Shown one piece after another: positions 50,565 through 64,000 of a stretch of 64,000 nt of DNA (the stretch's first letter is position 1; every line of letters begins with the position of its first letter). Made by a program: the position numbers and the translations under genes. The notes below the pieces were generated by a model, which saw nothing but the letters and a program-made list of their open reading frames with translations, was not told where the DNA came from and did not search any database. This stretch comes from Isurus oxyrinchus (lineage: Eukaryota): assembly GCA_026770705.1 (NCBI GenBank), contig JANJGN010000041.1:3720001-3784000 (forward strand), in the 5' to 3' direction.

Positions 50565-50672
50565 TGCGTGTGTCTGTGTGTCTCTTTGTGTGTTTTGTTC
50601 ATGCATGTTTCTGTGTGTGTATGTATGCATGTGTCTGTGAGTGTGTGTGTATGTGGGTGTGTGTGTGCGTGC
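50565..50672. repeat. Degenerate TG tract (equivalent of 23966..24123)
   Basis: Directly visible. Confidence 0.85.
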
Positions 50673-52824
50673 CTGAATTTTTCATGCTTTTTCTCCCTGA
50701 ACATTAATTTTGCAGAGGAGCCTCAACACTTTGAATATGGAATCGTTTAATCAGTCATATTAAAGGAAAGCAAAATGTAAAGAATATGTTTCAAGTTAAA
50801 AGTTTTGAATTAAAGTTCTTGCCAAAGATCACAACCTGATTATGTGTTCATGAGCACGTGTGAATTTTACCATAGATACAAATTCAACCAAAGGGGGAAT
50901 GGGGGGTGTTTTAATGTTGCACAGTGTGAATTGGAACTGTGATGCAGCTGATTCTCCGTTGGAGTTATCTTGGGTCAGACACGTCTTAAAGTGTTTAAAG
51001 ATGTTAGGTTTGGCTCCTGATAAAGTTGTCAAAGCAGCAAAATCATTTTTAATGAAGTTGTCTCCGCTCCACAACCAAACACCTCCACCACAAAACACGC
51101 TGTGGAGTTAATCATGTTGTTCTCATAGCTACTTCCGTTCTAGTTAATGATATAACCTTATGATTACCAGAATTATATTGGCCGTTATTAGATTTCAATT
51201 TTCCAAGTTTACAGACGTGAGTGAACATATCAACCCATTGAAGTGTGGGTCATAGGCACGATGAATTGCTTGCGTTTTTTAACAAAGATGATTTACTACT
51301 AGATAACTTTCGAGAAATACTGCTTGAGAACGGGACTTCTGAGCAAACTCACCGACCAATGAAGATCGGATTTCTCAAAACCAGTTTTGAATACCACCAA
51401 GCTTCAGCACAGTTGTTTCTGAAACCAGAATTCATAAAATAAATTAGACATGAGCTTATATTTCCCGTTTTCAAAGGGAGACTTAGCTGACTTTTAAGGA
51501 GATTAACAAACTTTCAAAAGAAGAACGCTAATCGGAAAACAGTTCAGGCGGCTCCTTGGAACAAAAAACAAGTTTGTTTCTAGGAAGGAATATATTGAAC
51601 AATGAATTCAAAATTTGGGCAACATTAAAAATCGGACACAGGCTAACAAGTTACTTTTGTGAAAACATAATTATATTTGAAGAAAGAACAAACAGGGCAA
51701 AACATGCTAACACCTGCAGTCAAGCATTTGATTCAAATTTGAAAGATATTATCAAAATATTTTCCTTTTGAGCGCATTCGATCATCACTCCTTGCTAATG
51801 GCGTTGCAAGTTGAAAACGAAATGCAGAACAATCATCAGAAATTCAGTCAAACCTTCTCTGTAAGGCTTCAAGGCCATCCTGCCACCAGTGCATGACTCG
51901 TGGTGCAAACTGCACAATGCAGGTCTCTGTCTGGAAGTTAGAGCAGATGAGAAATGGCTGCGGTCGCCAAGACCCATTCTGAAGAGTATCAGATGCTATC
52001 ATCATTCCATTACAAGCCAAGAAGCAGTTATGCAATGATACCCAGAGGTCTGCTGAATCCAGCCTTCTTGTTATTGTGCTGACTATACTGCCTTTTCCGG
52101 TGCACATTAACAACGTAAGCATTAACCGAGCCCTCCAGTTGCTTTCCCTTCGTAGTGTGAGAAACATCAAACTCCATCACTTTCAGAATTTCAGCCTCTG
52201 CTTCAGTCCCTCCCTCCGTTCCTGCCTCCACAAACTCTTGTTGTTCTGAAACGTAATCTTTCTGTTTCGAAGTTGATATTTAAATCGGTTTGTGAGCTGA
52301 CCTCGAGTTACACTTCCCACGTTCCCGGTTTGGAACTCATGAACTGGAGCGGTCATGTAACCTGGCTCCCCTCACTTTGCCCTACAAAATCTTCCCAGGT
52401 CTCATGAACGAGAAGAGGTGTTCACTATTGTAACTGTATGGCGATTCGTGGAAATGATTGAGGGTAAGATCTAGAATTAGGGTAAATAGGCACAACATCA
52501 AATGGGAATTGGAAGAACCCACCTCCGGTGTCGTTCATGTAATTTTTCAATTTGGTGACCATGTATGTTCTAATGATTGTAAAGAGTAGATGAGGGGAAT
52601 AAAGGTAGATTTTTTTTCTCTTTTGTATATGTGTTTTTCTTTGCCTACGAAATCTTTATGAGAATTGAATTCGAGGCATTGGGACTGTTGGGGAGCAGAA
52701 AAGCAAAGAGCTTGAAATAACGACCGCATTTTATCCTCTTGGAAGTTAACTGGAAAAACAGGATGAATTATCTATTGGCACATACTTTTAAATATAATAA
52801 AATCACGTATTGAAGTTGATTGGC

Positions 52825-53340
52825 GGAAACCTGTATCCCCTGATTCAGACCTCCAGCCTACAGTAAGATGGAAATTTTGGAGATGAATTTAATTATGTAT
52901 CCGTTGATCCAGATCTTCAGCCTACAGTAACAATTATATCTTAGAGATGAACTTAAACCCTATATACACTGATACAGATCTCCAGTCTGCAGGGACAGGG
53001 ATGTGTTTGATGAGGATTTGAATCTTGTCTCCACTTTTCCAGATCTCCATCCTGGGGTTCCTGGGATGTTGTGGAGTTGAAAGTGAATAATGTAACCACT
53101 GATCCAGATTTCCAGTCTGGAGTAACCAGCCACGGTTGCAGATGGGCATGCAGTTAGTGCTACATGGGATGTTGCGGAGAAGCTTCTGAACTCTGTATTC
53201 AGTTCTCCACATCATCAGTCTGCAGTCATTGCCATGTTGCTCAGCTGAATCTGAATCATGTACCCACTGATCCAGATCTTTAGTCTGCAGCTACTATGAT
53301 GTTATGTAGTTGTAGAAGAATCCGATCTGCATTGACTCAC
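52825..53340. repeat. 65-bp minisatellite, copy 2 (one internal partial-unit deletion)
   Basis: Anchors at 52847, 52911, 52976, 53041, 53106 and ~53274. Confidence 0.9.
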
Positions 53341-54929
53341 TGTGATATACCACACTTGGGGAACTGTGCACATTTTCCCTGGTTCGGACATACTAGACTT
53401 TCCTGGCTCATGGCGTCAATAACCTCCGCCTGTCTCTTCATCAGGTAGCTGACTGGGATATCCCAGCCTTGGAGGGAAATGCAGACATCGCCATTGTAAG
53501 GGAGGTGAGAACCGCGTCAAAAAAAAAATGTTTTGCTTTCTTTGAGTGCTGCATGAAGGATAGAGTCACTAAAAGTAAACATGTACCATTGTGAGCCCTG
53601 TCTGCGTCTCCGACTGCAGCTGACTGTCATTTCTGTAAGTCACGCTCTGCCGCCTCCTCAAGATGCAGCGCCCGGTGGTCCAGTGCTTTCTGCTTCATGT
53701 GAATAAAACCTGCTGCAGTGCGCAGTGCTCCTTGTCCATGCTCATTTCATATTTGCATCACCGCGCACTGACAAGGGAAGGAGATGGAGGTTGGGAAATG
53801 TTATGGCTGCATTGACATGCGATTATGCCACAACAGATCTGGTCGCAGACACAATCAATTTGCCGCCAATGTCCAAGGCTCGTCCAGCACAATCCAGGAT
53901 ATGCCCTGCAACACAAGAAGGGCAGAGGCATCCTGGGTAACAGCAGACTGGCAGACAGTCCAGTGGGGAAATATTGCCGAGCTCCCAGCATTTACTGCAG
54001 ACACTATGGTGCCTCAAAGCGCATCAGGGCAAAGACAGCAAACGGGGAGAAATAGAAAATACTGTGGATGCTGCTAATCTGAAAAGAAAATGCTTAAAAT
54101 ATTGGAAAATTTCAGCAGATTTGACAGCATCTGTGCATAAGAAAGAAACTGACAAACATTTAGAGTCTGTGTGACTCTTCCTAAGAGACTTGCATCAGAG
54201 GAAGACTCATAGGGACACAGGAAAGAAAGACTCCTGCTGCATCCCAAATGCCGTCTACCCTCAGCTGATGGATATTTTATCCTCTGTGCTGAACACCACT
54301 TTAAAGGAGTAATGGCAGCGCAGATTTCACTCTGATTGTGAGTCCGAGATGTTCCTTACCAGGAATGAATCAGTAGTGGTACGGCTCACGAGTTGGCTGA
54401 GTCATGAAGGAGCTGGAATGCGAGGATTCAAGAACAGGGTTCCTGCTCACCTTCACGAGGGCAACTTACAGTGGGAAGTAACAATGTGGCCTAACCACAT
54501 ACACCTACTGCCGAAGGAATAATAATAGGCCATATCTGTCAGGGTTGCTCTGTGCCAGCTGGTGAAAGAAACAGCATCAGGCAAATAAAAAACATGTCGA
54601 TATTGTCCTCACCAACTATCGCTGTTGCATGTGCCAATAGTGGAGTGATATCCGCACAAAGCTTTTGGAGTTGAAGTGTTGCCTTCACATCAAAGAATCA
54701 TTCCAGCGTGCTGAAGTCACTCCCACTCTGTTAGATGTGTTACATTCAGAACGGAGCTAACAGCGCTAAACTAGGCATATGTGAGGCTATGTAGGCCATC
54801 AGCAGCAGCAGGATTCTGTTACAAACACAATCACCAATCATGTCCCGGCTTAAACGGGATAAGCCACTGCTTATCCAACTCCGTACCTTTCAGCAAAACT
54901 TCCCAATCTAAAATAGCCAATCACTCCCC

Positions 54930-56730
54930 CGCCCCCGTCCCCGAATTCTTTAACACTCTCTTTGTTCAGATTAAGAGCAGTTTCTCTGATTGGAACATAG
55001 TACATTGAAACTTAATGAAACATTCTACCATATTGCGCTCACTCTTTCCTAAGTGCACCTTTACATCAAGTGTATCAATGAACAATGTTCAGTAGCACAA
55101 GGCAAGATCTGAAATAAGACGTTCAATGTCTGGTTGTTCAACGTTCTGCTCTAGAACACCATCTTACAAATGTTGTAAGAATTCATTCGCCCAAAACATT
55201 GGAAGGAATTAGTTTTACTCACCCTGTAATTACGGTGAAATCTCCCATGATTAGATTTCTGTGCTTCATACAAGAATCTCCAATGTAATGATATATTCAG
55301 AGATGTACATTACCACTGCCGTTTGGTCGACTGTAAACAACTCACTACAATGTTTTCCGCCCCCTGCTGTCCCTTAGTTGACCTAAATTGATTCTATATT
55401 TTGATATTTCCAACACCAGGCATTTCTCAGCACTGTACCGATGCCATATTTGATCAATAGGTTTACTGCAATAACTTTTCCCAGCTCCTTGTCCTTCCAG
55501 AATGACACATGCCTAGGATATTAAGTTCCCAACATTAGTTTGCTTGCAGATACGTCTGTGCAATGTCTAACAGATCAAGCATATCAATTTCTATTTGAGA
55601 TTAAAATTCACGTGTTTTCCTGCGAATGCTGCAGGCATTCACAAACAGAGCCCTGAATTCATTGTTTCATTGCCGTTTTTGCAAACACTGTCCCTGCCTG
55701 CGAGCACACTCCTAAACTTGCAATTTCTTCTCCTTTCTTCCATTACCTGATTACCTTCGTCTTTAAGCCTTCAGTCATATATTGCCTTGCCATTTCCATT
55801 TCATTTATTCCAACTGCCCGAGATGATCTCTTCACCATTTGGTTATTTAAAAACCATCTCTACTTCCTTTGTACCATATCCCAATCGAACACAGGGCAGG
55901 GCACGGTTAAAGTCTAGACTTCCCTAATGCTAAATTTCCCACAGTCCCAGTTGTAGTGCCAGTGCGACTACATCCGCACCCATTTCTCCTACACTATTTT
56001 TGAGACACATATTAATATTCCTAATGTTATTCACCTGACACCGTTTTTTACATCACACCAGTCATAGTTATAGATTGTTAACGTTTCTTTTCTGCTGCTT
56101 TCCCTCGTGCCTATCTCCCCAGAATCGCTATGCAGAAATTATTTCCTAGTTTTTCCAATGTTTTTTGTACTTACATGGACAACGACCCAGTAAATCCACT
56201 CCCTCCAAGTTGAGGCTTCTCATCAGCCTCAGCAGGTGTCGCAAAAGGTACAAGCCTGGAGGTAACCTAGCAGCCTGGACTCATGGCAGCGAACACAACA
56301 TGACTAAACAGACGCCTATCACTATTATAATCTTCATTGCCCCACCCATTGACAAAACATTGTTCAGCATTGTGTCATAATCATTCCACTTGTCTATCTT
56401 GCAGTCCTCCCCATTCACAATGGTTCCATCACTTCATACCTATTCAAAAGGTCATGGACCGAGGCTCCTTGAAGTCTCGGTTCTGGGTGGCCTTATTCAC
56501 CAGACATGCACTCACACTCATGCTCGTGACCATTGAACAATCTGAAGTTCTCTCTAAGCTAAGGGGAATTACTGCCTTCTGGGGCAAAGTTCCCAAGCAA
56601 CATTTGCCCCCCATTGACTCCCGACAAATGCCTCACAATTTCCGCATCTCATAATCCAGCTCAATGTATTCAATGTACTCCATCGAAATGTACATACTGC
56701 TATAATGGCACACCGCCAGCCTGCCACTGC
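54930..56730 (-). mobile_element. Decayed CR1 relic (ORF1 and endonuclease region)
   Basis: Reverse complement gives degenerate endonuclease and ORF1-like segments similar in style to 15420..17300. Confidence 0.55.
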
Positions 56731-59399
56731 TGACAACCTTACTCATTTAATTTGCCAATTAGGTAATAATTTACAGAGATACAGAATGTTGTGCTCAGCT
56801 ATTTTGGAGACGAGGAGGAAAGCTGTCCAATGACCGGGTGCTGACAAAAGTAGGAAAAGAAACAAGTCTTGACCTCACTTTCGCAAGTACCCATCTGATC
56901 CAAAATCCCAACTCCTCACTCAGTCCACATCTGTCTCAGATGTAGCCGCGAGTCCATGCCTCCTGTTTGACATGCACTTTGAACAACCCAGTGTTTTTAT
57001 AAAACATCTATTGAATCCCCAGCTAGCTCAGCATTCTCTGACGATAGTTAATATTTATTAAGGGGAATTACGTACAGTGCCATGGTGCTGGTGTGATGGC
57101 CCAGAAAGAGGACACCGTGCGTAGGAATCGGACAATATGACCAGATGATGTTTTAATGCTGAGTAATTGGTAGCGGTGTGACTTCTGCACCAGTTCTTCA
57201 GCTGGATCTTAAATGTTTGAAGCTTGTACACTTCTCAATAAAATCTTCAAAAAGGAAACCACGCTGTAACCATGTTGTGTTCTGATTTTCAACGTTAACA
57301 CACCAAACATAGAAAAAGGATTGGTAAAATGAATGTTAACATTTTTAAACTTGAAAATACACAGAATTTGGCGAAAGGTAGCCAAGGAAAATTACAGCTG
57401 ATTAATGTCTAACGCCATCAAACAACGGTTGGATCACTTGTGTGCCATGTTAACATCAAGTGAAGATGCACTGAAGGTGTGAAGGACAAAAGGTAGATTT
57501 GCTTGAGAAGTATGAAAGCATCAACCCTTGCAGATCTGTGCATCTGTAGTCGGTTTCCCTTTGGTCTTCACTGTGGCAACATCTGAATGATTTGAAAAGC
57601 GATTTCTGAGCTTAATTTCAAACTTAGGAATGCTGTGGGTCCACAGTCAAATGCAGGTTAGACCGGGTTAAGATGGCAGTTCTCCTCCCTAAGTGTTCAA
57701 GATGGGCCGTCCATACAGTCCTTGAATCTCTTGCTGGACGCAACTGATAATGGTTATTTTTTATAGAGTAGGATCAGAACAGACGCCCCCTTCCTGCAAC
57801 CCTGCATTGAGCTTGCCACTGGTGACATACAAAATTTCCGGGCTGCCATCCCCTGGGACAGCTTTGAAAGTCGTGAACTGAGCCGTTTTTTTAGAATCAG
57901 TTGGTAAATCAGTGAGTCTGGAGACACTTTTGCTTCCTTTGGAGTTACTGATTACTGGCGGGTACATCCTGCAGCTGCATCTACATCAGTCACTTTGCCT
58001 AACACCTCTGCCACAACTGCACAGCCCAATTTTCCTTCCACTCTGGTCTGCCCTTCGGAAGACCCTCCCCCCTCACAACCACAATCCCCACAATTCTGTC
58101 TCCCCTGCTCCCCACTGTCAACACCTTCTTCCCATGACTGCTCTTCCCATTGGTCCCACACTGCATTGGAGCTGCGAGAACTCGATAGGCCGAATGGCCT
58201 GCTAGACCTTACTGTCTCAAACTTTTGTTGGAATCAATTGTATTCCAAAGGTGGGCTTTGGCTGCAGTCTAATATGATTTCAGGTATGTGAAAGCGAGGT
58301 AAAATGCAGTTCGTGTGCACAGTGCTCAATACCATTCAACTGAGTTGGAATACATACGGGTCGTGTTCGGACGCTTATGGGTATGTTAAATATTTGCTGG
58401 GGGGGAAAGGGTAGACCAACGGCCACTTACCATCCAGCCTGATAGTTTGGCACAAGTGCAGGAGGATGGGAAAATAATGAATCATCACAAGATGAGATCC
58501 AACAGCCCATTGCTGGTCAGTCTGGAGAAAACAAAAGCTGTCCATTGCCAAACGTCCACAAAATTAAGCGCTAATTTCACTTGATAAACACTGAAGGGTG
58601 CGCTTCAGTGTGACGTTTCAAACGGGCCCTGAAAGGTTTTTTTTTCAAATTTTTGTTCCCAGTTGGCAATTAAATTAATTTAAAATTGTTGATTGAGGTT
58701 AACACGGAAACAGCTGGGCACAGTTTCACCCAATTCCAGATTGAGCACATTATTCTTCTCGCATTACCTGTGGGCACCTTGCACGACCTCTGGGTCTTGT
58801 AGACTGTCAGGCATACAGTGTCACCCTGCCCTGAGACCCTGCTGCAAAGGGTGAGGGAGCACATATTGTTATAACAGCTCACAGGACATTTGAATGGCGA
58901 TATAAAAGAGGAAGAAAGATTCTCACTTCAGCAATGGTGAATGAGGCCATTTCACCCTCCTGTCGCTTTCTCCCTAAAACAGATCTTTCTTCCTACCCTC
59001 CATTTGTTCTCTAATGGGACACCTAGCAAGATGCCAATAACCAAGAGCTCCCCTCCCTGCGTGAAACATAGGAGGTACCAGTATGAACAAGGAGCACAGG
59101 ACTCACTATTTTTAGTTGATATCTGTAGGAGGCACTGTCTTAAACTACCTGACCCACAATGTTGCCTCAGGCAAAACGAGACTTAACGTCGATTTTTGCT
59201 TAAGATGAACTACGACTCGGGGTGTGCATCGTCATGAACAAAACGCACTGAACGAATTGTATTAATTAGTCACTGGTGAAAACCACTAACACTCTCGCTT
59301 GCAGCCCTGCACACCATCATTCACACACGAATCGACTGTGCTATGTGTTGGAAAACATGCGAAAGGAATAGAGATACAAGGAGGAAGACTGGAAAGGCT

Positions 59400-59700
59400 G
59401 GATGAACAGCGTGGGGCCCTCATATCAAAATATTTACGATTATGAAAGATTTATTTTAACATACTGGATGCAGAGCAAAGATTTGCTCTAAAGACAATGC
59501 TTATAAAACGAGGTCTTAAATAAGAAACAATCGCCAAGAGAACTCACAGGGAATTCAAGAATACTTATTTCCACAGAGAGAGATGAGAATGTGGGAGTCA
59601 TTACCAAACGGAGTGCTCTGTTGTATACATTAGCTCTATTTAAGTGGAAGCTATGCTGTCATATTCCAGGGACAGAAATAGACGGACACCCTAACTAGTT
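59400..59700 (+). mobile_element. CR1 3' fragment
   Basis: IFTIMKD...FKNTYFHRE.MRMW.SLP resembles the CR1 terminal KIM.G...FF.QRVV..WN.LP. Confidence 0.5.
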
Positions 59701-60264
59701 ATGATTTGAATGGTCAGGCTCTTTCGGTCGGGCGTCTAACTTTTCAGGGGTCTCTGCTTAAGGGGACGTGGTGGAGGGGAGTGAAGGCACCATTTCACCC
59801 TGCTGCTCTTCTCTGCAGCTACAGCTCGTGCTGTTTGGCCTCACCCCATTTTCCTGTTCACCAGAAAGAACAACGAGTAATCTCCGCAGCCCCCGTCCCC
59901 CACTCAAGCAGGATGCCCCTGTCTAGCAATTTCCTTTACCCCCTGTCCAACATAATCCGTTATTTTAGAATTGCCTCTGCCTTGGGTGATGTGTTTTTGA
60001 GACAGTGGCTTCATCACTGATAGAAAGGGACTGTGTCTCCCGCTAAACTACCATTCCGTTTCAAAGTTAAGCCTTGTCTACAGTGCAGCATCATCAGCGT
60101 TACACCACCCATCCAGTTTGAGTTCTACCAAACTACGTGATCTCTCCCCACGAGGACATTGCTCCCAGTTCTCTGCGAAGCCATCAATTCGGTTTGGATG
60201 GTGCCTCCTGCCCAGGCCTTCTTCAACACATTCATGATATGGACCAATAACTCCTCAAGTGAGT

Positions 60265-61625
60265 GGTTTGATTTTATTCATTCATGGGTTGGAAAGCTCG
60301 CTGGCTGGGGGAAATGTATTGCCCATCCCAAGTTGCCATGGTGAAGGTGGTGATGAGCTGCCTTTTGAACGGTTGCAGTGTCTGTCGTATACCTACAACA
60401 ACAGGGCTGTTAGGAGGTGTTGCGGGGTGGTGTTGGTCGTACCAAAGGATACTGGCCCAGCGACAGTTAAGTAACACTGATGCATTTCCAAAATGGATGG
60501 ACGTGTCTTGGGGAGGGGATTGAAGATTGTTTTGCTGCCATCTATCTCCTTACCTTCTTCAAGGTGCAATTGCCGTAAGCTGGAAGGTGCAGTCGAAGGA
60601 GTCGTGTTTTTTTCCTTGCAGTGCATTTTATAGACGGTATGCACTGCTGCTTTTGTGCATCGGTGAAGGAGGGAGTGAATGATTGGTTTAGCATCATAAT
60701 CAAGCGGAATGCTTTTCCTGGATGGTGATGAAATTCTGTACTGTTTTGGAGCTGTGCTCATCCTTAAAAATGGAGAGTATTCCGTCAAACTTCCGACTTG
60801 TGCCTGATAGGCAGTGGACAGCCTTTGGGGAGTAAGGAAGTGTGTAACTCCTCTGTCAATTCTTGGCAGCTGAACTGCTTTTTTAGCCACGTTACCTAGG
60901 TGACTTGTCTAGATCAGTTTCTGGTAAATGGCGACCTCCTGAAAGTAGATAGTGGGGGGATTCAGTGAGGGGGTTGCCATTGATTGCCTAGGGGCAATGG
61001 TTAGATTGTCTCTTGATGGAGATGGTCATTGTCTGGCACTTTTCTGGCTTGATTGTTACTTGCAACTTTTCCGCAACGTGCTGGATATTTTCGAGGGCCT
61101 GTATTTCTTTTTCCTGACACGTTGTTTCTCAGTACCAACCATCCCACCCTCACCCCATGCCCACCACCAGCCTCCTCGGAGGATGAGATGTGCTATGTTA
61201 TTCACAATCAGTTCGGCAGGAACTTAATACCCTGCATGGCCGGAGGGGCCACAACATCCTGACCAGGTCATGCTGCATTTGAACCTGGGCTGCTTCATTT
61301 TCTGAGGAATCGCGAATGCTCCTGAACATTGTGCAAACGTCAGTGAACATCCCAACTTCCGACCAGATGATAGATGGACACACATTTATGAAGCAACTGA
61401 CGCCGTTTGGCACTCGGGAATTACCCTGAGGAAATCCTAAAGAGTATTGTCTTCCTTTGCACCTAAGGCGAGTTACCAAACGTCAACAATTTTATTCCGG
61501 CTCATTGAGGCCACCCACGGTCAAATGCTGCCTTTCTGTCAACGGCTGTCACTCTCCTCTCGCCTCAGGAAATAGAGCTTTTCTCCAGTTTGTATTCATA
61601 CTGTGTTTTATAATGATTAACCAAA
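60265..61625 (-). mobile_element. CR1/L2-clade LINE 3' portion (family of 9265..10000)
   Basis: ORFs 60393..60890 (THFLTPQRLSTAYQAQVGSLTEYSP) and 61198..61479 (FINVCPSIIWSEVGMFTDVCTMF, a decayed FADD region); tail tattgcccatccc. Confidence 0.85.
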
Positions 61626-62563
61626 ACATCTCGAAAGGTTATATTTAATTCAATATGACTTGTGGCTGTTGTGGAAGTGCACACCAGGCCTGAAGAGATC
61701 ATGGAGAGATAAAGAATGTTCTTGGCTCTTACCTTGCGGTGCTGGTAATGGTGAAAAACCCTGAATGTCATCTCTATGGAGCGTGCAATGACGCAGATAT
61801 TCTGTTCAGCTCACCTAAGGGAAAAGGCCAGAAGTTGTAACATGTCCAAGTCAAATCTCCACCGAAACCTTTGGATCAAGATGTATAGCTGACTGCTCAG
61901 CACTTATGTACAATCATAATTTGTTTTATTGTGGCTGGTTCGTATCATGTTGAGTTGCTGCTCAGTAGAACAGACCTTTAAACGATCACTCTGCCAACAT
62001 CTCTGCTTGTCGCAAACCCCTTCCATCCTGCACTCAGACAACATTAGCTCTTCTCCCCCATGTCACACCACCTTACCGTCAATCAGTCACCCATTACAAC
62101 TCGTCACCCAAACTCCCACGGCACACTAGCACCTGGTAACACTCCCCTTCAAACCATCAACACTAATTTCCCCATTCCCAATGATGCCTCATCGCATGCA
62201 ATTTTCCTCCATTAACCCTGCTACTCTTCTGTCCACACTGCTATTCCAAGGCTGCCTGCCATCAGGCCTGGATATCCCTATCAACCCATATCTTCATTCG
62301 TTACAAATTTCACCTCAATAGCCTCAGCTTCCCCCATCAACATTAGCTCCTCACCTCTAACTTCTCCAACAACCCTGCTTACCCCGTAACCTCCGATTTC
62401 CACCCTCAAACCGTCTTTTCTTCTCCAATAACTTCCATTTAATTGACTTGGCCTTCGAGCATATCAACAACCGTCTGGTCAATAAGGTAGAATGATTCCG
62501 AAATGTTCAGTAAGTCCTTACGCAACTTGTAAGCTTTGTATTGTACATTTCTCTTTCGCTCAG

Positions 62564-63386
62564 CTAACAAAGTGATGATTGTGTCACTTTTGCAGATAGT
62601 GTGGTCTCTCCAAATGTGACACTCGGCAGATGCTGACTATGGCAGAGCAAAACTGGTTTCCTCAGCCTGATATTTCGACTCTTTCTGATAGTTTTAGGAA
62701 AAGAGTTTTGTTTCTTCAACTCCACCCCCGTGCGTAATGCCAACACCATCAGAAACTGACTGTTCTCCCTGGTTCACAGTCACTCACACCATTGAAATCT
62801 CTGTAGCCATTTTTTAGCAAAATCTGAAGAGTAAGTAAGGTGTTGGCGGAACAGCGGCTGAGCTTCGGGTAATAGTGACCGTTTTGGTACGTTTAAGGAA
62901 AATTTCCCGATATTTTTTGTAAGCCAATGAGTATTGGCTGATGATAAAAGTCCATTCTGTTATGTGACAATAAATGACCTGCATTCTCAGTTTTGGAGAA
63001 AAATCGAGTTCCTTGATCACATTCTAATGCCGGAGAGGCTATTTGACCCGCTTCTGCTGTTGAATGGTTTCACTGTCAGGCACAGGATAATGACCAGCAG
63101 AAACTGCAGGACACTCTGGGTAATCAGAAACATGGAAGATCGAAGGGAACCCAACAATTTGCTTTTGTCCTCTCAACCAATTGCATCAAGTTATGGTCAA
63201 AGTTTATGGTTTACTCATTGTGGTGGCAGATGTTGGATATGTTGTCCAGTTTGATGCATCCAGAAACCTTGCACAATGGTTTAATTCATTCTGCAGCTCC
63301 TGAGTTGATTCACAATCATTTGTGTTTGTACTATGACTCAGAATATGTTGCGATTGCATTTGGAGAACGTTCTAGGATATGATTAA
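62564..63386 (+). pseudogene. GPR139-like GPCR pseudogene, exon 2 homologue
   Basis: Acceptor ctctttcgctcag ending 62563, phase 1 as in the intact gene; CGLSKCDTRQMLTMA, TDCSPWFTVTHTIEISVAIF*QNLKSK*, EFLDHILMP...LLLNGFTVRH, FILQLLS*FT...TQ; several stops and frameshifts; exon 1 not located. Confidence 0.9.
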
Positions 63387-63399
63387 AATAACTGAAACA

Positions 63400-64000
63400 C
63401 TGTTCGTGTGCAGCATTGCCCACTGCTCCTTCAGGTTTTCAGCGTCTGCAGGGGCTTGCCAGAAAGGCAAATGAAAAATCTTGGGGCTTGTCGCTAATGA
63501 TAACATTGTCTGTTGAACAATTGACTTTTACAACATGAAGTTTCCTCGCTCTGATTAGACATCATAGTACCAAGAATAACAGAACTCACATTGGGCAATC
63601 CACTGGTCCACTTTTCTTCTCCTTCACAACCATCTGCAAGGGCCCCTCCCAGCAGCATCACCCACATAACCCAGCACCCCCACCCACCACCCCTAAACTT
63701 CATTTGGCCAGCCCATTTGTCCATCAGAACGCATTCCACAATTGTCCCTTGCAGATGTTGCACCTATTTTGTGGATTGATGAGGTGAGTTACAAAGTGTT
63801 GCCAGACCCCGGCCTGTTCTTTTTTTAGCAAAATTATTAATCGATTTACTGAAGAACATGAAAAATATGTGTCACAGTGATGTTGCCAAAAGGGACATTG
63901 TCTTTGTTAAATAACTCAACGAGCCTCCACGCATCTTGACTCATCCATGTCCACCATTGTTACCCTCCATGTCACTCTCTCTCAGCTGCTTTCCTGGTTT
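63400..64000 (-). mobile_element. Decayed Harbinger transposase relic
   Basis: Reverse complement gives IVQQTM...K..F..CL.SG..LQ..KT.....MLH-like C-terminal motifs. Confidence 0.5.

Larger units (their letters stand above)
45212..52430 (+). pseudogene. Paralogue of the unidentified coding-like relic at 18765..26400
   Basis: Collinear; e.g. ORF 48934..49122 versus 22488..22703 (MPEQIKWD..NQKGNSKEH.NPIKWRETS). Confidence 0.35.
41134..53340 (+). repeat. Segmental duplication, copy 2
   Basis: Collinear with 11709..27342; lacks most of ~15690..18760 and ~24495..24975; carries an extra tandem copy at ~50310..50520. Confidence 0.95.

Noticed and set aside
53345-54930. Cluster of overlapping GC-richer ORFs
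   Set aside because: No coherent protein; probably decayed DNA-transposon and interspersed repeat sequence that I could not assign.
58170-58290. Exon 1 of the GPCR pseudogene (donor caggtatgt)
   Set aside because: The upstream translation lacks the YYP.LA..GVP TM1 signature.

Overview
Eukaryotic, repeat-rich genomic DNA, almost certainly from a cartilaginous fish (shark). This is inferred from the CR1/L2 LINE, Deu-domain SINE and Harbinger relics and from the receptor family. There is no sign of prokaryotic gene organisation or CRISPR. The only convincingly intact gene is a two-exon class A GPCR of the GPR139/GPR142-like family (35597..35771 + 38861..39738, + strand, 350 aa). A heavily decayed paralogue lies at ~62564..63386. 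The main structural feature is a direct segmental duplication (~11709..27342 and ~41134..53340). Each copy runs, in order: 50-bp minisatellite, CCAAT-box cluster, CR1 LINE relic, ~7 kb of unidentified decayed coding-like DNA interrupted by a SINE and a TG tract, and a 65-bp strictly periodic array. A decayed Gypsy element with Gmr1-type domain order (integrase before RT) sits at ~30480..34140. Most short ORFs in the track are chance or transposon-derived. Repeat boundaries are approximate (read by eye), and repeat family names come from recalled consensus motifs, not database searches.
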